Source: Lama guanicoe
Lineage: Eukaryota
Assembly: GCA_013239625.1 (NCBI GenBank)
Contig: MU053594.1
Location: 2,050,127-2,114,126, forward strand
Length of the DNA stretch: 64,000 nt
Direction: 5' to 3'
The notes below the pieces were generated by a model. It saw only the letters and a list, made by a program, of their open reading frames with translations. It was not told where the DNA came from and ran no database searches. Every line of letters begins with the position of its first letter. Position 1 is the first letter of the stretch. Position numbers and translations under genes: made by a program. Shown piece after piece: positions 24,453 to 36,572 of the stretch.

Positions 24453-27400
24453 GTAAGCGCCACACACTCCTGGCCTGAGTCCCCCACCCCGGCTGAGGTG
24501 TGGGCAGAGGGCAGCCTGGTGGCCTGGTGCCCCAGCAGGCCAGGCGGAGAAGCCAGATCCTTACCTCTTTCCCAAGAGGACAGTCAGGTTTTAGGGCCAA
24601 GAGGGTATGCTTTTAAAGCCCGTTGTCCTGTTTCTTGTCTTTGTTCTAGGAGTGTTGTCCGAGGGGTGGGGTGGGCTTGCCAGCGCTCTGGCACTGTGAC
24701 CGCAGGTCTCTCCCCGCCCCCCATGCAGGGGATGGGGCGGTATGGTGAAGGGTTGCTCATTGAAACAGGCTGTTCCCACCTACCTCACAGAATACACACG
24801 GTTCTTACCTGCCACAGCTCCTCTCAGGTAGTCACTTCCATTCAAGGGAAAAACCATTTCTGTCAACTTCACTGTGTAATAGTCTGAATGTTTTCCAAGC
24901 CCCACCTGAGGCCACTCTGGAGGAGGTGTGCCAGGGTTCAATTTCAGCCACGTTGGTGCCGGCCACTGCCCGGGGACTGTTCGTTAGGAGGGTGATTTAT
25001 GACTGACAGATACGTTCAGAAAAGCAGCCCAGAGGGTCCCGGCTGCCTTGTGCTGATGTCAGGCTGCATTGAGTTTATCTGGAAGATGATGGCAGCCTCC
25101 CACCCACTCCCGTGGGTCTGCTTGTGACAATTCTAACATCAAAAAGTTGGACTTCTAAATCTGCATGGCTTTTCCTTCATTTTTTTCTGAACTGAGGCCA
25201 TGAGAACCTTTTCCTGTTGTCCAGGCCCTGAGCTGCCGCCTTTCATCTTGGAATGTCCTCCCTTCCTGCCCGGCTGCACACGGTTCTCCCAGGGCCTGGG
25301 CTGCCATGCGCGTCAGGCTCGGGCAGCTCCGGGCTGTCCCTGCCCTGCGGGGGGGAAGTGCGGCCCAGCCTTGGCGCCCCGGGAGCTGCCGGAGGCGCTC
25401 AGACCTTGGCCTTAGGGAAGACACTGTGGCCCAGCCAGCAGGAGTAATTAGTTATACATTTTTAGGACTAAACCACAGACTTCCTTGTGAAGAAAGGCGT
25501 CGTGTTTCCCTGCAAACTTAGGATCAAACAGCCATGCCACACACTTTGCCTGTGATCTGAGTGTGGTAGAGAGGCAGCCTCTCCACGGGACACCTGCTCA
25601 AATCTGTAGGTGGCCCACGATGGCCACACGCTGGGGAACAGTATTAGCTGCCAGGCCTTGAGCCTTGGTAACTGCAGGCACCTTGTCAGGCACTTGGCAA
25701 AATCTCACTTAATCCTTGCAACAGCCCTGTGTGGTAGGTGCTGGTGGCTCTGCTTTTCAGGTGGCCAAGAACCTCCCCCGAACCCTGTCGTGTCTACCTG
25801 GGGGTCTTTTCCAGCACCGGAGGCCCCTGAGGCTGCAGATCATTTAACCCAGAAAAATCCCCTGCCCCGTGACTCAGGGAGCCTTCCCTGCATTCGTTTC
25901 ACTTAAGGAAAATGACTCGAGGGGGAGATGGAAAGGGAATTGGCTGTTGCCAGGCAGAGCCCTGCATGTCAGGGGCCAGCAGCCAAGTGAGTGATCCAGG
26001 AAGTCATCCACTTGCAAACCAGAAATTGTTCTTAACCCCTCACTCACTGTCTGTGGTGCATAGTAAATCTGCCCATCTGCCCGTCCTGGGTCAGAGTGGA
26101 CGCTACCTGCTGGGAGCCCTGGGAACCGCCTCTTGCCACTGGCCTCTGGGTCCTGCAGGAGCCATTCAACATCCCAGGGCTCGGGCCTACCACTTGGTCC
26201 AAGAGAGAATGGCCCCAAGGTTGTGGTGAGGGCCAGTTTCTTTTGGTGAAGGGCACCTGCTTGGTTCCTCCGGGACTGGCCTTTGGTGTTTGCGGAGCAG
26301 TCTGTGCTCTGGATGTCACCTGTGTCCCCGTGCAGGGCCTGCGGGGGAGCCTCCTGTGCCCGCAGACCCTGGGTCAGCTCAGCCGCTCCTCGCTGGCGGG
26401 GCAGACGGGCGGTCTTCCCCCGCTGGTCGGGCGGGACTGCCCTCCCCATGTTGTCCGGGGTTGTTCTCTGACCACAGAGCTGCCGTCCGGCCTCTGTCAG
26501 GCTAGGGTTAACAGAGGATTTGTTTATTGAATCACAAAGTAGCTGTCACATGATTTTAATCAAAACACCATTTCCCTGACAACAGTGATGTCAGTCTTGT
26601 TATTGCAGGAAGGAGCAGCTGTGAGGGGCGGCCAGTCTCCATGCCGAGCCCAGGTTGAGAGACTGGAATCAAGTGAAGCATCATACATACTGGCTGCAGG
26701 CTCCGTCGCACCGAACGTACCCTCCTCTTCCTCTTCTCTGTCCTGACAGTCTGTCCTGCACAGCACTGGCCAGAGCCTGGCCCCTGCGCCCCGGGTCTCT
26801 GCTGAGATCCCACCTTCTGCACCCCATGCTCCTTCTACCCTTGTTTTGACTACTGGTTTTCTCAGTTTTCCTTATTCGCCCCAAACTTTGGACTCCTAGG
26901 ATCTCTGGCCTCTGCCTTCTGGCTTCTGTCTTTCCTCCAGGGTCTAAACCAGCACTTGCTGGCGATCCAGGCAGTTCCATCTAGCCAGAGCTGGGGCCGA
27001 TCTCGGCTCCGAAACCTCGGCTCCCCCCGGAGCCAGGGTTCTGGGGGAGGAGGGGCTGCTTGTCTTATCTTTGTCCCTGTGAGAGCAGGCTAGCGGGGCT
27101 GAGGGTCTCCAGGACAAATCTAAGGAGCTTGGCTGTGGATGCTGAAGGGTAAGAGCTCCTTAAGGGCTGACCTCAGGGCTGAAGGATTAGCTCTCTGGGA
27201 TCCAGAAAGACTGGAGAAAGCCTGAGTCCAGTCCAGCTGAGGGGAGGTCAGCAGCAGACTGCTCCCAGCCAGGTGGAGCAGCATCCTCAGGCTCTGCCTC
27301 TGGGCACCTTCCCCACCATGGGGACGGAGCAGCTGTCTCTGCAGAGGAAGACTCCTGGCCCTCCAGCCCTTCACCCTGGAGCTTGGCCTAAAAGTTGGAG

Positions 27401-29162
27401 ATGAATGAAAAAGGTCCCCTAAGTGGGACGTGGATTCTCATGATTGTTCTCTTATCTGTGGTACCCATGGCTGGTGCTGCCCAGAACTCATCACTGAAAA
27501 TGAAGAAATCCCTGGCAAAATTCTTGGTTCTGAACCTGAAGCAGGTGCTCAGAATAGGGCAGCCCCCCTGAAATCTGTGAAGAGATTTCATAGGCGCCAA
27601 AGTTTTCTGGGGAGTCTCCTGGGGACTCTTGTTAGAGGGCAGGGCTAGGCCAGGCTGCATTCGTAAAAGGCTCACAGTGAAGCCTTAGTTAAGTCAGCTA
27701 GTCTAACAAGTTACCACTGGGGATAATGAGCCTTTGCAGTGATTTGCCCAGGGTGGTGGCAGGGCTGGGAGTAGTGCCAGGGGCCGAGGACTCGGCCAGA
27801 GGTTCCCTGCTGCCTCCAGGCTGTCCCTGGCAGAGAAGGGTCGGCTCCACCCTGCCCAGAGGACCTTTCTGGCCTGGGTGGCTGCTCCCGGGGGAGTGGG
27901 CATGGGGAGCAGGGCTCCAGACTTGCTTCTGGCCAAGCCCTCCTTGCCCAGCCCTTTTGTCTCTGGGGCCTCTAACTGCCTGCTTGCCCTTTGGCCCTCT
28001 CTTTGCTGGCACAGGAATCTTGCTAAACATTTGGGCTTCTTTAGTGACCAGAGGGCAGTTCCTGTGGGCCCAGACGGAAGAGTCCCTGCATGCTTCTAGG
28101 AAAGGCCTTGGGGGATTTGCTTCAGGTCGCGTCCCACTCCCTAACTGTGCGGGTGGTCCTGGCCTGGTCAATGGATTTACGAGTCAGGGTTCTGAGGCCC
28201 CTTTTGGCATCTCAGGCCCATTATTCCTTCCTCTGGGGAGTGAGGAGACTGAGTCAGAAGCTCTCAGATCTGCCCGATGGGCAGAGCCACTCACTTTTCC
28301 CTTTGAGAGGCCAGATCCCCAGTGCCTCTTTCTTCAGGGCCCAGACGTTCTGAGCTGTCTGCACAGCCTGCTCTTAGGGGCTCAGCTGAAGGGGGCGTCT
28401 GCTGCCCCTGGTGCAGTGTCTCCCTCCCTGCATCTGGGCTCCTTGCTTTGTGGCTCAGCCCTGCACCTGCTTCGCCAGGGCTTCAGACCAGCTCTCAGTC
28501 AGTGTGCCTAGGAAGATCCCCTAGAAATGTATACAAAGAGAGGTATCCACGCTCCCTCGGGGTATTTGCAGCTATCAGTCCAGAGGAATTCAGCTGCATT
28601 GGTGGGTCAGGACATCTGTAGCAGGAAGGCTCCTTAGTTGAATGGCTGGAGGCACACAGCAAGCTGCCGACTGCCTGATCTGGCTTTCAGGTTTGGCCTC
28701 AGTGATTGTAGTCATGGCTTCATGCCTGGGTGGGAGCAAGTATGCCAGTGACAGCTGGTGTCTGAGATGAGGGTCCAGTTCCTTCACTTCAGTCAAGACC
28801 CACATCTGTCTCCCAAGGGACACTGCTAAGGCTGAGCCATGCGCAGTGTTCCATCCCAGCAGGGCTGCTCAGCCTTGTCGTTTCTTTGAAGTGACATCAT
28901 TGGCTGGGGCCCAAATGAGAAGGGCAGAGCAGCTGTAGCCTGTGCAGGTGACATTTATTTTGTCACTGTGGGGCACCCAGGATTTAGTGCTCACAGCCCA
29001 GAACTTCCTCCCACGGTGCCCTGGGCCTGTGGGTGGAGCAGAGGGCTCCCTCCTTACCTGGATGCACCCAGGGAGGGATGGGAACACTCAACCGGGAGAG
29101 CCCTACAACAACTGTGACTGGAGAACGTAAGGGGTTGCAGATGGAGAACCTAATGCTCTAAA

Positions 29163-29340
29163 TCAGGGGTTAGAAGCCCCTCTAACCGCATAAATGGGCC
29201 TTAGGGGGTGCTGGGAACCAACCCCTCCCCCTGAAATTACCCGTCCAAAGTTGTATGTGTATGTGTTTCCTTGGAAGAGGATCCAAAGCTTTTATCAGCA
29301 TGTCAGAGGGATCTGTGCAACCCCAATTTAAGAACTAGTT
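29163..29340. mobile_element. hAT-Charlie relic (MER103-like)
   Basis: caggggtt start and agaggatccaaagcttttatcagcat..agagggatctgtg..ttaagaacta end; family from recall. Confidence 0.45.
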
Positions 29341-30552
29341 GGGTAGAAAGATGCAGATGGCTGAGAACAGAGCCTTGGGCAGGGCCCTGACTTGTGGTGA
29401 TGGAGGTGGGCCCCGGTGAGAGCCACTGCAGACGCGGCATCGCTTTGGAAGTGTGGGTGCTGTTGGCAATTCTAGTTCCCAGCGCCGCCGGGCGGAGGCC
29501 CCAGGGCTAGAGCTCAGGTCGCCCTTGCCCCATTCTGCTCCTCCACCCTGTGCCAGGCCTATGGCTCACGAAGGGCACCGAACTGAAGCATGTTCTGGAG
29601 ATCGTGAAGGTCAAGGGCTTGACTGGCTGCTAAAGTTCTGGCCAGTCTCAGCTGGCAGGTCTGTTATTTTTGCCTGTACCCTGGACACTGGGGTTGTTTT
29701 TGGCAATACAATATAAAAATGATGGAGAAATTTGGTGGGAAAGGGGAAAGTTTGCAAAACATCATTAGTGAAATTGAGGGCCTTCCTTTAAAAAAAAAAA
29801 AAAAAGCAATTGAAACAGCTTTACTGAATTCTCGGGTAGCCGAGCAGAGATAGTAGCCGTCCTGGGGCAGGACTGAGCGCCCGTAGTTGGTTCTGGGGCA
29901 GCAGGACAAGTCGACGGGGAAGGCTCTGCTCTCTTCTTGCCCTTGGCTGTGCCTTCCAGGCCTTCCACCCCCGCCCGCAGCCAGCAGATGGTCCCAGTTT
30001 GGGAACTCAGTTATATAGCATGGGCTCAACTGGAATGGTTTGAGTGAAACCAAATCTTCGTTCAACTTGCTGCCAGAAAGTAGGATTTAATGCTGCCCTT
30101 TCACTCAGGGTCTGGCACTAAAACAAGTCCTGAAGGTATGAGCGTGACCCCAAATGCCTCAGGAAACGGCTTCTCCGGCACCCGAGGGCACCGGGCTGGT
30201 GCCTTTCCCCGGGTGGGGCTAGATTGTGCGCATGTGCGCCGTGAAGCCTTTTGCAGGCCCCAGAGAGGAGGTGCCATCGTGAATAAGTGCCAGTGTCTTG
30301 ATGGCCGCCCCCATTCACACCCCTTGCCCTGCAGCTGTGGTCAGGGAGCCCCAGGTGCCCGCCTGCCCTCCTCCTCCTGCTGCTGCGGAGGCCCTTCCTT
30401 GCCCGACTCCCCCTGTAACCCCGGGGCGCCCGGCCACGTGCTCGCAGCCCGGGCCCTGCCCGTGTGCAAGCCGCGGTCAGCGCTGCTTCCGTCAGCGATC
30501 TGCAGCTCCCGTGTGCTCGGGCGGTTTCAGAGCAAGGTATTATTTACCCTGC

Positions 30553-30560
30553 TGACGTCA
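30553..30560. promoter_or_regulatory. Full palindromic CRE motif TGACGTCA
   Basis: Exact motif beside a CpG-rich patch (30230-30530); function not shown. Confidence 0.35.
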
Positions 30561-30730
30561 ATGAGAACATATTATCCACTGTCCTTTTCTGGAGCCTGAA
30601 ATGAGCCCCAGAGCTCAGGGAACACAGCCACCTTCCATAGTTTCAAAATTCCACCCGAGGCCCGACGAGGGAGAGGCCCCATCCGCCGCCTGACATTCAC
30701 ATCACCCAGGCTTTTAGAAAACAAGTTGTT

Positions 30731-30736
30731 TTTATT
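30731..30736 (-). terminator. Candidate distal SIK2 poly(A) signal
   Basis: plus-strand tttatt = AATAAA on minus; UGUA upstream, GU-rich sequence downstream. Confidence 0.65.
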
Positions 30737-33700
30737 TTAGTTCAAGAGGGTTGGAAATGTAAAAACAGTACATTTTCCTTGCAGAAAATTACCCCATTTA
30801 AATTACCGTTTGATACAAAGATCATTTTATTAAACTGCATTTTAGGCAATTTTCTAACATTGAGTGACAGGTTACATTTTGATTTTTTCACATTGGAGCT
30901 ATTATGATTTGCACTCAAAATACCAAAGCTATTGAACTCACCAGTTTTTCTTGGTAATTGAAAAAAAAAAGCACACAGGAAAAATAACTACAATTAGATT
31001 AACTTTATCAAAAGTAACTCTTTCACAAACCAGATATCCAGCAGAGACCACCCTCCTCCCTTCAGAAATAAGCAAATAATCTTGCCCTTTCTACAAAGTG
31101 CAAATATTTCTGTATCACTTTTGTTTCCTAAACTGTAGTCCCTGAAGAGAAGCAAACCTCCTTTTCTGGTTCTTTTCCCTTCAGAGATTTCGGTGGAAGC
31201 AGGTTTCTTTCACCATCAGTAGTGGGAAGGCATCACCACATGAATTTCCTTGATTGAGCAAATCATGAACAGATAGGCATCACACAGCCAGTGGCAAGTC
31301 CCAGTTATCTGCATTTGCTAATGTAACGTTCTCCCAATCTGGGGTCACATTTTTTTCCGGGATGTAATTTTGTACTTCTATTTTTAAAGCTCCTCCCTAT
31401 CCACCCACTTTGCCTCTGAAAAGACGAAAGTATTCGATCAAAGGATGTTATTTTTTTAACCCTATGAGCGTCTGGTAACACTTCAGCTTGATGGGCCTTA
31501 ATGGTAAAGAAACTTTATGCCCCCCCTCAGGACTGGGCTGAGTTCCTGATAATTCTCTGAGCAGCCCCCTTTCTTGAGGTTGAGTCGCTGGCCTGCAGCG
31601 GCGGCCAAAGCCATTGGCAGTTAAGGAAGGGTGTGTCCCGCCATCATAGACTTCTGTGGGAAATTACGATATTGTGTAACTTGGAGAAACTACACATCTT
31701 TGATGTGAACCTAAGCTGCTGTGGTAAACTGGACACTGGAAAGATCTGTGGGGTCTGTCTCTCCCTTAGCCTTGTTCATGCGGGGCCACCGGGACAACTA
31801 CAGTTGTCACCTGGAGGGCACCTCTTACCCCGAAGCCGGGTAGCTGTCAACTGGGAATAAGGTTTCGGGGACAGTGTCACATCCAGTCAGTGCTTGGCCA
31901 AGATGGGGGCTTTGTTTATACAGCTGTTTGCTCATGAAAAGGGTCAACTGCTACTGAAGAGGGAGGAGCGCGGAGTAAGAAGCCAGGAAACCCCAGAGCC
32001 TGTCCGGCTCGGCCACGCGTGAGCCCTGTGTGCGTGGAGAAGTCACGTGACCTTCCTGGAGCTTGGGTTTCCTTGGCTGTGGAACATGAGGACTCTCTGC
32101 TCAGCTGACTTCATGGTATTGTTGGGAGGATTAGAAGAGATTACTTGTGAAAGTTCTTGGAAAATTAATGCACAAAGAGAAGCTACTGCTCCTTTTGGAC
32201 AGACAAGCTGATTATCTGTGCAGGAACCACCAAACCTACCACTGGCTGTTTCTCCATCTACGCACCAGCAGGTGCCCAGTTCTGCCAAGTGTGTTGAAAA
32301 TTGCGCAGATGAGATGTAGACATAAGATGGTCTAACTGGGGCGGCTGTGAGTCTCCTGGAGTCAGCCAGGGCAACTTACTGGGGAATAACAGTAAAACAA
32401 AGGTGTGAGGGGGCCATGTGAGGCCAGGGATACAGGCCAGGGAGGACCATACTGCTGAACTGGTCAGAAGGGATCCATCAATTTGTTAAAATTGGATTTG
32501 TCCAGTTTAGAGAGGCAGGTGGTGTTACTCTCGTCTGTCACACATCACTCAGGATGAGTTCTGTAAACATTTCCTGAAGCAACAAAGTGATCAAAGACCC
32601 CTGCCTCTCCGTGACTCCAACTTACTACCCGTCCCCCAGTTTTCACTTTGATGTCTCAGCACAGAGGGACCGAGCAGCTCGGGTGGCTTCCGAGGCGGCG
32701 GTAGAGGCAGCCCAGTTAGGGGTAGGGACGCGGCCAAGGTCAGCCCCGGCACGGGGACTCCGCAGCTGTTTCCTGGGCCCCGTGCTGTCCAGTGACCCTA
32801 CTTATTGTCTCCAAGGAGAAGGAATGTGAAAGATTATCCGGAGTGTGGTTTTCCGTAAGCCAACAGGGAGCTTAGGTGAAGCTGCTCACAGGTCTTCACA
32901 TGTAGTCTAGAGCTGGAAATTCTGACCTCAACACGGAACCCAGTATTTAAGTACCTGGGGCTTGCCTGGAGATGGGAGGACCCTGCAAAGGAAACTGTGC
33001 ATTTCATCACGTCCACGTGTGAACTGCCCACCCCTGCCGGGCTGCTCTGACTGCCATATCCCTGGACCCCCGGCCCACTAGAGCGGAGGCCTCTGCTCTC
33101 CACCTGCCTTCAGCTCCTGGCTGGCCACCCGTCACTCTCCAGCGGAGAATACACCCTCTTCCTGACTCTTAACAATTAGGTAGAATTCTTTGCTCTGAGA
33201 ATCCTCGCTTTCGGGTCCTAATGACAGTGTGGGGACAGAGAGGGAGAGGCCAGTGCCACCATGAGTCCCTTCTGCAGGAGCCTTGAGTCGGCTTGGAGGG
33301 TGACATTCCCACAGGGTGGTCTCCTCACTCCCCGGCAAGGCACAGGGCTCCCCACTGCTCTGAGCCGAGGACTGCCTTCAGCCTGGACCCCAGGTTCTCC
33401 TGTCAGTCCTACTTAACTGACTCAGGACACAGCTCACAAGTGCAGAAGTTCTTTATTTCTGGGGAAGAAAGGGACTCTGATTTTCTCTTTCCTTGGAGGC
33501 AAAGTTGGTGCAGAAAAGGAGTCCTTTAGTCCCATCCCCTAGCCCTCCTCTGGGGGCCCCAGATGTTTCCCATCAGTGGAGACTGGAGGGTGGCTGGTGT
33601 GGAGAACCTTCCGCCGCCCTGTCTGTTCCCAAGGCAGCAAGAGGGCAGTGCTGGCCTGGGGGGGACAGAGATGGTGGCGGGGCATCAGGGGGTGTTCAGT

Positions 33701-33773
33701 GCAGCTCCCCAGGAGTTTTCAGATGGAACATCCACCCTCTCTGCTGAGCTAACGGGCTCTATTTGCCTTACAG

Positions 33774-33866
33774 GGACCAGCATATCAGCTGTGTGTAAAT
33801 CCTAGAGAGACACTTGCCCACCCGGAAATTGTAGGACTAGTGCATTTTTCTCAAAGCAGAGACTAA
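33774..33866 (+). CDS. PPP2R1B: PPP2R1B alternative last exon, long isoform (GPAYQLCVNPRETLAHPEIVGLVHFSQSRD*)
   Basis: ccttacag|GGA ... GAC TAA; 93 nt, phase 0. Resembles the recalled human C-terminus GPVYQLRGDTRDTLAQLGIAELVHFSQSTD. Total with exon 1 would be 667 aa. AATAAA follows at 33904 and 34001. Confidence 0.8.
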   Translation, partial: GPAYQLCVNPRETLAHPEIVGLVHFSQSRD

Positions 33867-33903
33867 TATCCCTGGATTTAAAAAAAAAAAAGCACAAACA
33901 AAA

Positions 33904-34006
33904 AATAAAGTACCACACATATTGTACTTTTTGCTGAATGAAATTTTTACCTCTTGTTCATCTCACTGAAGTCTCTTCAGAGGAGCCTGGTTTACAAGAC
34001 AATAAA
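33904..34006 (+). terminator. Candidate poly(A) signals of long PPP2R1B isoform (AATAAA at 33904-33909 and 34001-34006)
   Basis: Two canonical hexamers 37 and 134 nt after the stop codon. Confidence 0.55.
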
Positions 34007-36572
34007 GCTAATGGTTATTATACAGTAGTGTTCACGCTGCTAATGTGAAACAGACTGGAAAGAAAGTCATGACCTCCAAGTACCTCTTAGAAAAAGAAGA
34101 GTACTAAGCGTTCTTAGTGTTACTTTAGTATTAGTGAAGAGAGGAGACACGCACAGATCACCAGTGAGGGGACAGAGCAACGGGGCTGATCAGGCAGGGC
34201 TGGCAAAATGCCTCACTGACCGACAGAACCAGTCCCCTCTCACCAGCCTAGCTTTCAGCAAATACAGATCGTTACGGAATTTATTGATTTCTGCTTGAAA
34301 TAAATGAGAAAAGCAAACAGGTACTTACAACACAGTCCAGCAGGACGGGCCATGCTCTCCCCGGGGGCTTCCGCCCTGCTGTCGGTCAGTTCCCGACAGG
34401 CCTGGCCACCGCCGCGCGCTCCCCGGTGTCTACCTCTGGGGCCTTCAGCCTCCCAACAGCCTCTCCGCTGCCTCTCGTCTGTCAGCCCAGCTGACCTGCC
34501 GCAGCTCCCAGGTGTCCTGGGCTAAGCGGCTCATGGCCTTGTCTCATGGGGCAGGTGTGTCTGCCCATCTGTAAGTGCCACTCTTGCGACTCTGAAATGA
34601 GCCGCCCCCGTTTTCGATCTGGAAGGCATTTTAATTTCATAAATATTACAGCGCTTCTGTAGACTATTTTGGGAAAACATCCTTCAGTTTAAACAAATCA
34701 AGCCCTGCTTTATAGCTCTAAGGTTAGAGGTCTTAATGAGAGGATCTCTTAAATGAAATGATGTCTATTTCACGGAATCATCAATCTTAAGCACGAGGAG
34801 GATTAAACAATCCGTAGAAGGAACCCACTTCCTTCCTGGATTTTTCACTGCATGTTGTCAAGTCACAAAACACTCATCCTCCGCACCACTGTCGCTCACA
34901 CCCAGAGCCCGACCCCAAGCGCAGTGCCTCTGCGGAGCGTCCTGGCGCCAAGAGGGGCCAGAACAGAGCTCCTCAGACCTTCCACGCTTCTCCTCATCTG
35001 CCTGGACACGTACTACAAAGAGGAAAGGCAACTTAAAGGTGTTCTAGATGCAGCATCAGTGTAGTCTCTCTCTTCTTTGTGCTTTAAGGAAGATGCTTTG
35101 TGCTTAATGCGTTCATCTGATAGGACACACCATTCTAAAGGACAGAAACGGTCCTCTTTGTAAATAATACTGAATTTGTAACACTTGGATGTTACTGTCC
35201 GAATGACGGAATACTCATTGCCTCTAGGCCGACAGTTCACTAGCTGTAGCATCTATTTTTCACTTACTCTGACGACTGAGCTGTAAGGGTCTCAGTTTTA
35301 CTGGTCATATCACGTGCTTGGCAGATGACCTGCTTTAAATGGTTAACACATCTGTGGTCTTTTGAATATTGCTGTTAATACTTGAACATTTCATTACAAG
35401 TCAAAACCTAAGGAAATTAAGGATGTGATTCCCACATGGTGGAAAACAAACTCTGAAGTGACTTTGGATTTAGCATTGACATAAGTGGGAAACTTGGTTT
35501 CTACAGAAAAGAAATAATTAAAGCATGATCTGGGGGGAAAAGGCACAGCACTAACCACTTCACATGGATGATAGAAGTTCGTTTCTCTTGTCCTTAAAAT
35601 TCCTAAGCCCTATATGAAACTGTTCAAATATACAAAGCTCGATAAACGACTAGCCACATCTAGTGTAAAGTCCAAGTAGTTATTACATTTTAAAAGAGAC
35701 GCCAGGTCCTCTAAAGACCAACTGCCCCAAACTAGAAGTCTCCACAGAAGATTGCAGGAAAAGCCCGTCTTCGCTGGTCCAGGGCTGCGCTCCTGATGGT
35801 TTCTCGAGTCTCCTGCCCTTGGTCTCCACTGCAGTCCGTCCCTTGGTTCCACAGGTGACATCTCTGGGGCCCTGAGGACACACTGTAACCCAGGGCACCT
35901 GCTGAAGAGGTGTGTCACCTGTTCTCAGATGGAGGCGACCGCCAGTCTCAGGGGTCAGTACCAGCTGTTCCTTAGTGGCCCCTGAAACAAGGCTCACGCT
36001 CTACCCCTTTGCAATGGTCTTGGGGACAACTTGTATCAGCAGCTTAGAACTTATGACTCAGTGGCAAAGTACAACTTTCCTTTATTTCCTGTGCATCAAC
36101 TTTAATACGTATTCTTGATTTGCCTTTAAGCAACATGCTGTTCTTGGCTTCAGTGAAAAATATTATATTGCCTTTTTTTTTTTTGCCTATATGTAATGGC
36201 ACACTTTCTTTTTCTTGCTTTCACCAAGATTTCCCTCGATAATAAATTGGTGGAGTTTTGCATAAAACCTAGGGCTGGATGTCTTCTTACAGAAACATTT
36301 GCTGGTGCCTCTGACGAGCGCCTGCTCCACCTGACCTAAGGGCACGAGCTTCAGCCTTCAACTGTTCCAGCACGGGCCACGGAAACCGTGGTGGGACAGA
36401 GCCGGGGGGAGCCTCATCCCCCCGGCCGGGCCCTCCAATTCCGGCTGGGCGACTTGATTTTTACCCCACTGGGGAGAGGGCAGGAAAATAAGCGTTACAT
36501 TGAAAAGGCTGGAATAAAAACAGAAATACACACGCGGTCTTCACTTGACCCGCTTCACTTCCTGCGCCGAGA

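Larger units (their letters stand above)
30710..36572 (-). other. SIK2: Putative long SIK2 3' UTR (~5.9 kb)
   Basis: Runs from the stop codon to minus-strand AATAAA at 30736-30731 (a second at 30831-30826). The distal ~800 nt are AU-rich with upstream UGUA; a GU-rich tract and an abrupt GC rise follow the inferred cleavage site. Confidence 0.7.

Noticed and set aside
24453..24887. Continuation of ORF 24321..24887 beyond the alternative exon
   Set aside because: Strong donor AAG|gtaagc at 24452 and resemblance to the known isoform stops there; the rest is likely intron.
25874..26530. Several overlapping 90-190 aa ORFs on both strands
   Set aside because: No homology or splice-consistent structure; typical of GC-rich noncoding DNA.
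27726..28511. Longest free ORF (261 aa, +)
   Set aside because: No recognisable domain; Leu/Gly/Pro/Ser-rich composition expected from stop-poor GC-rich intron; no promoter or poly(A) context.
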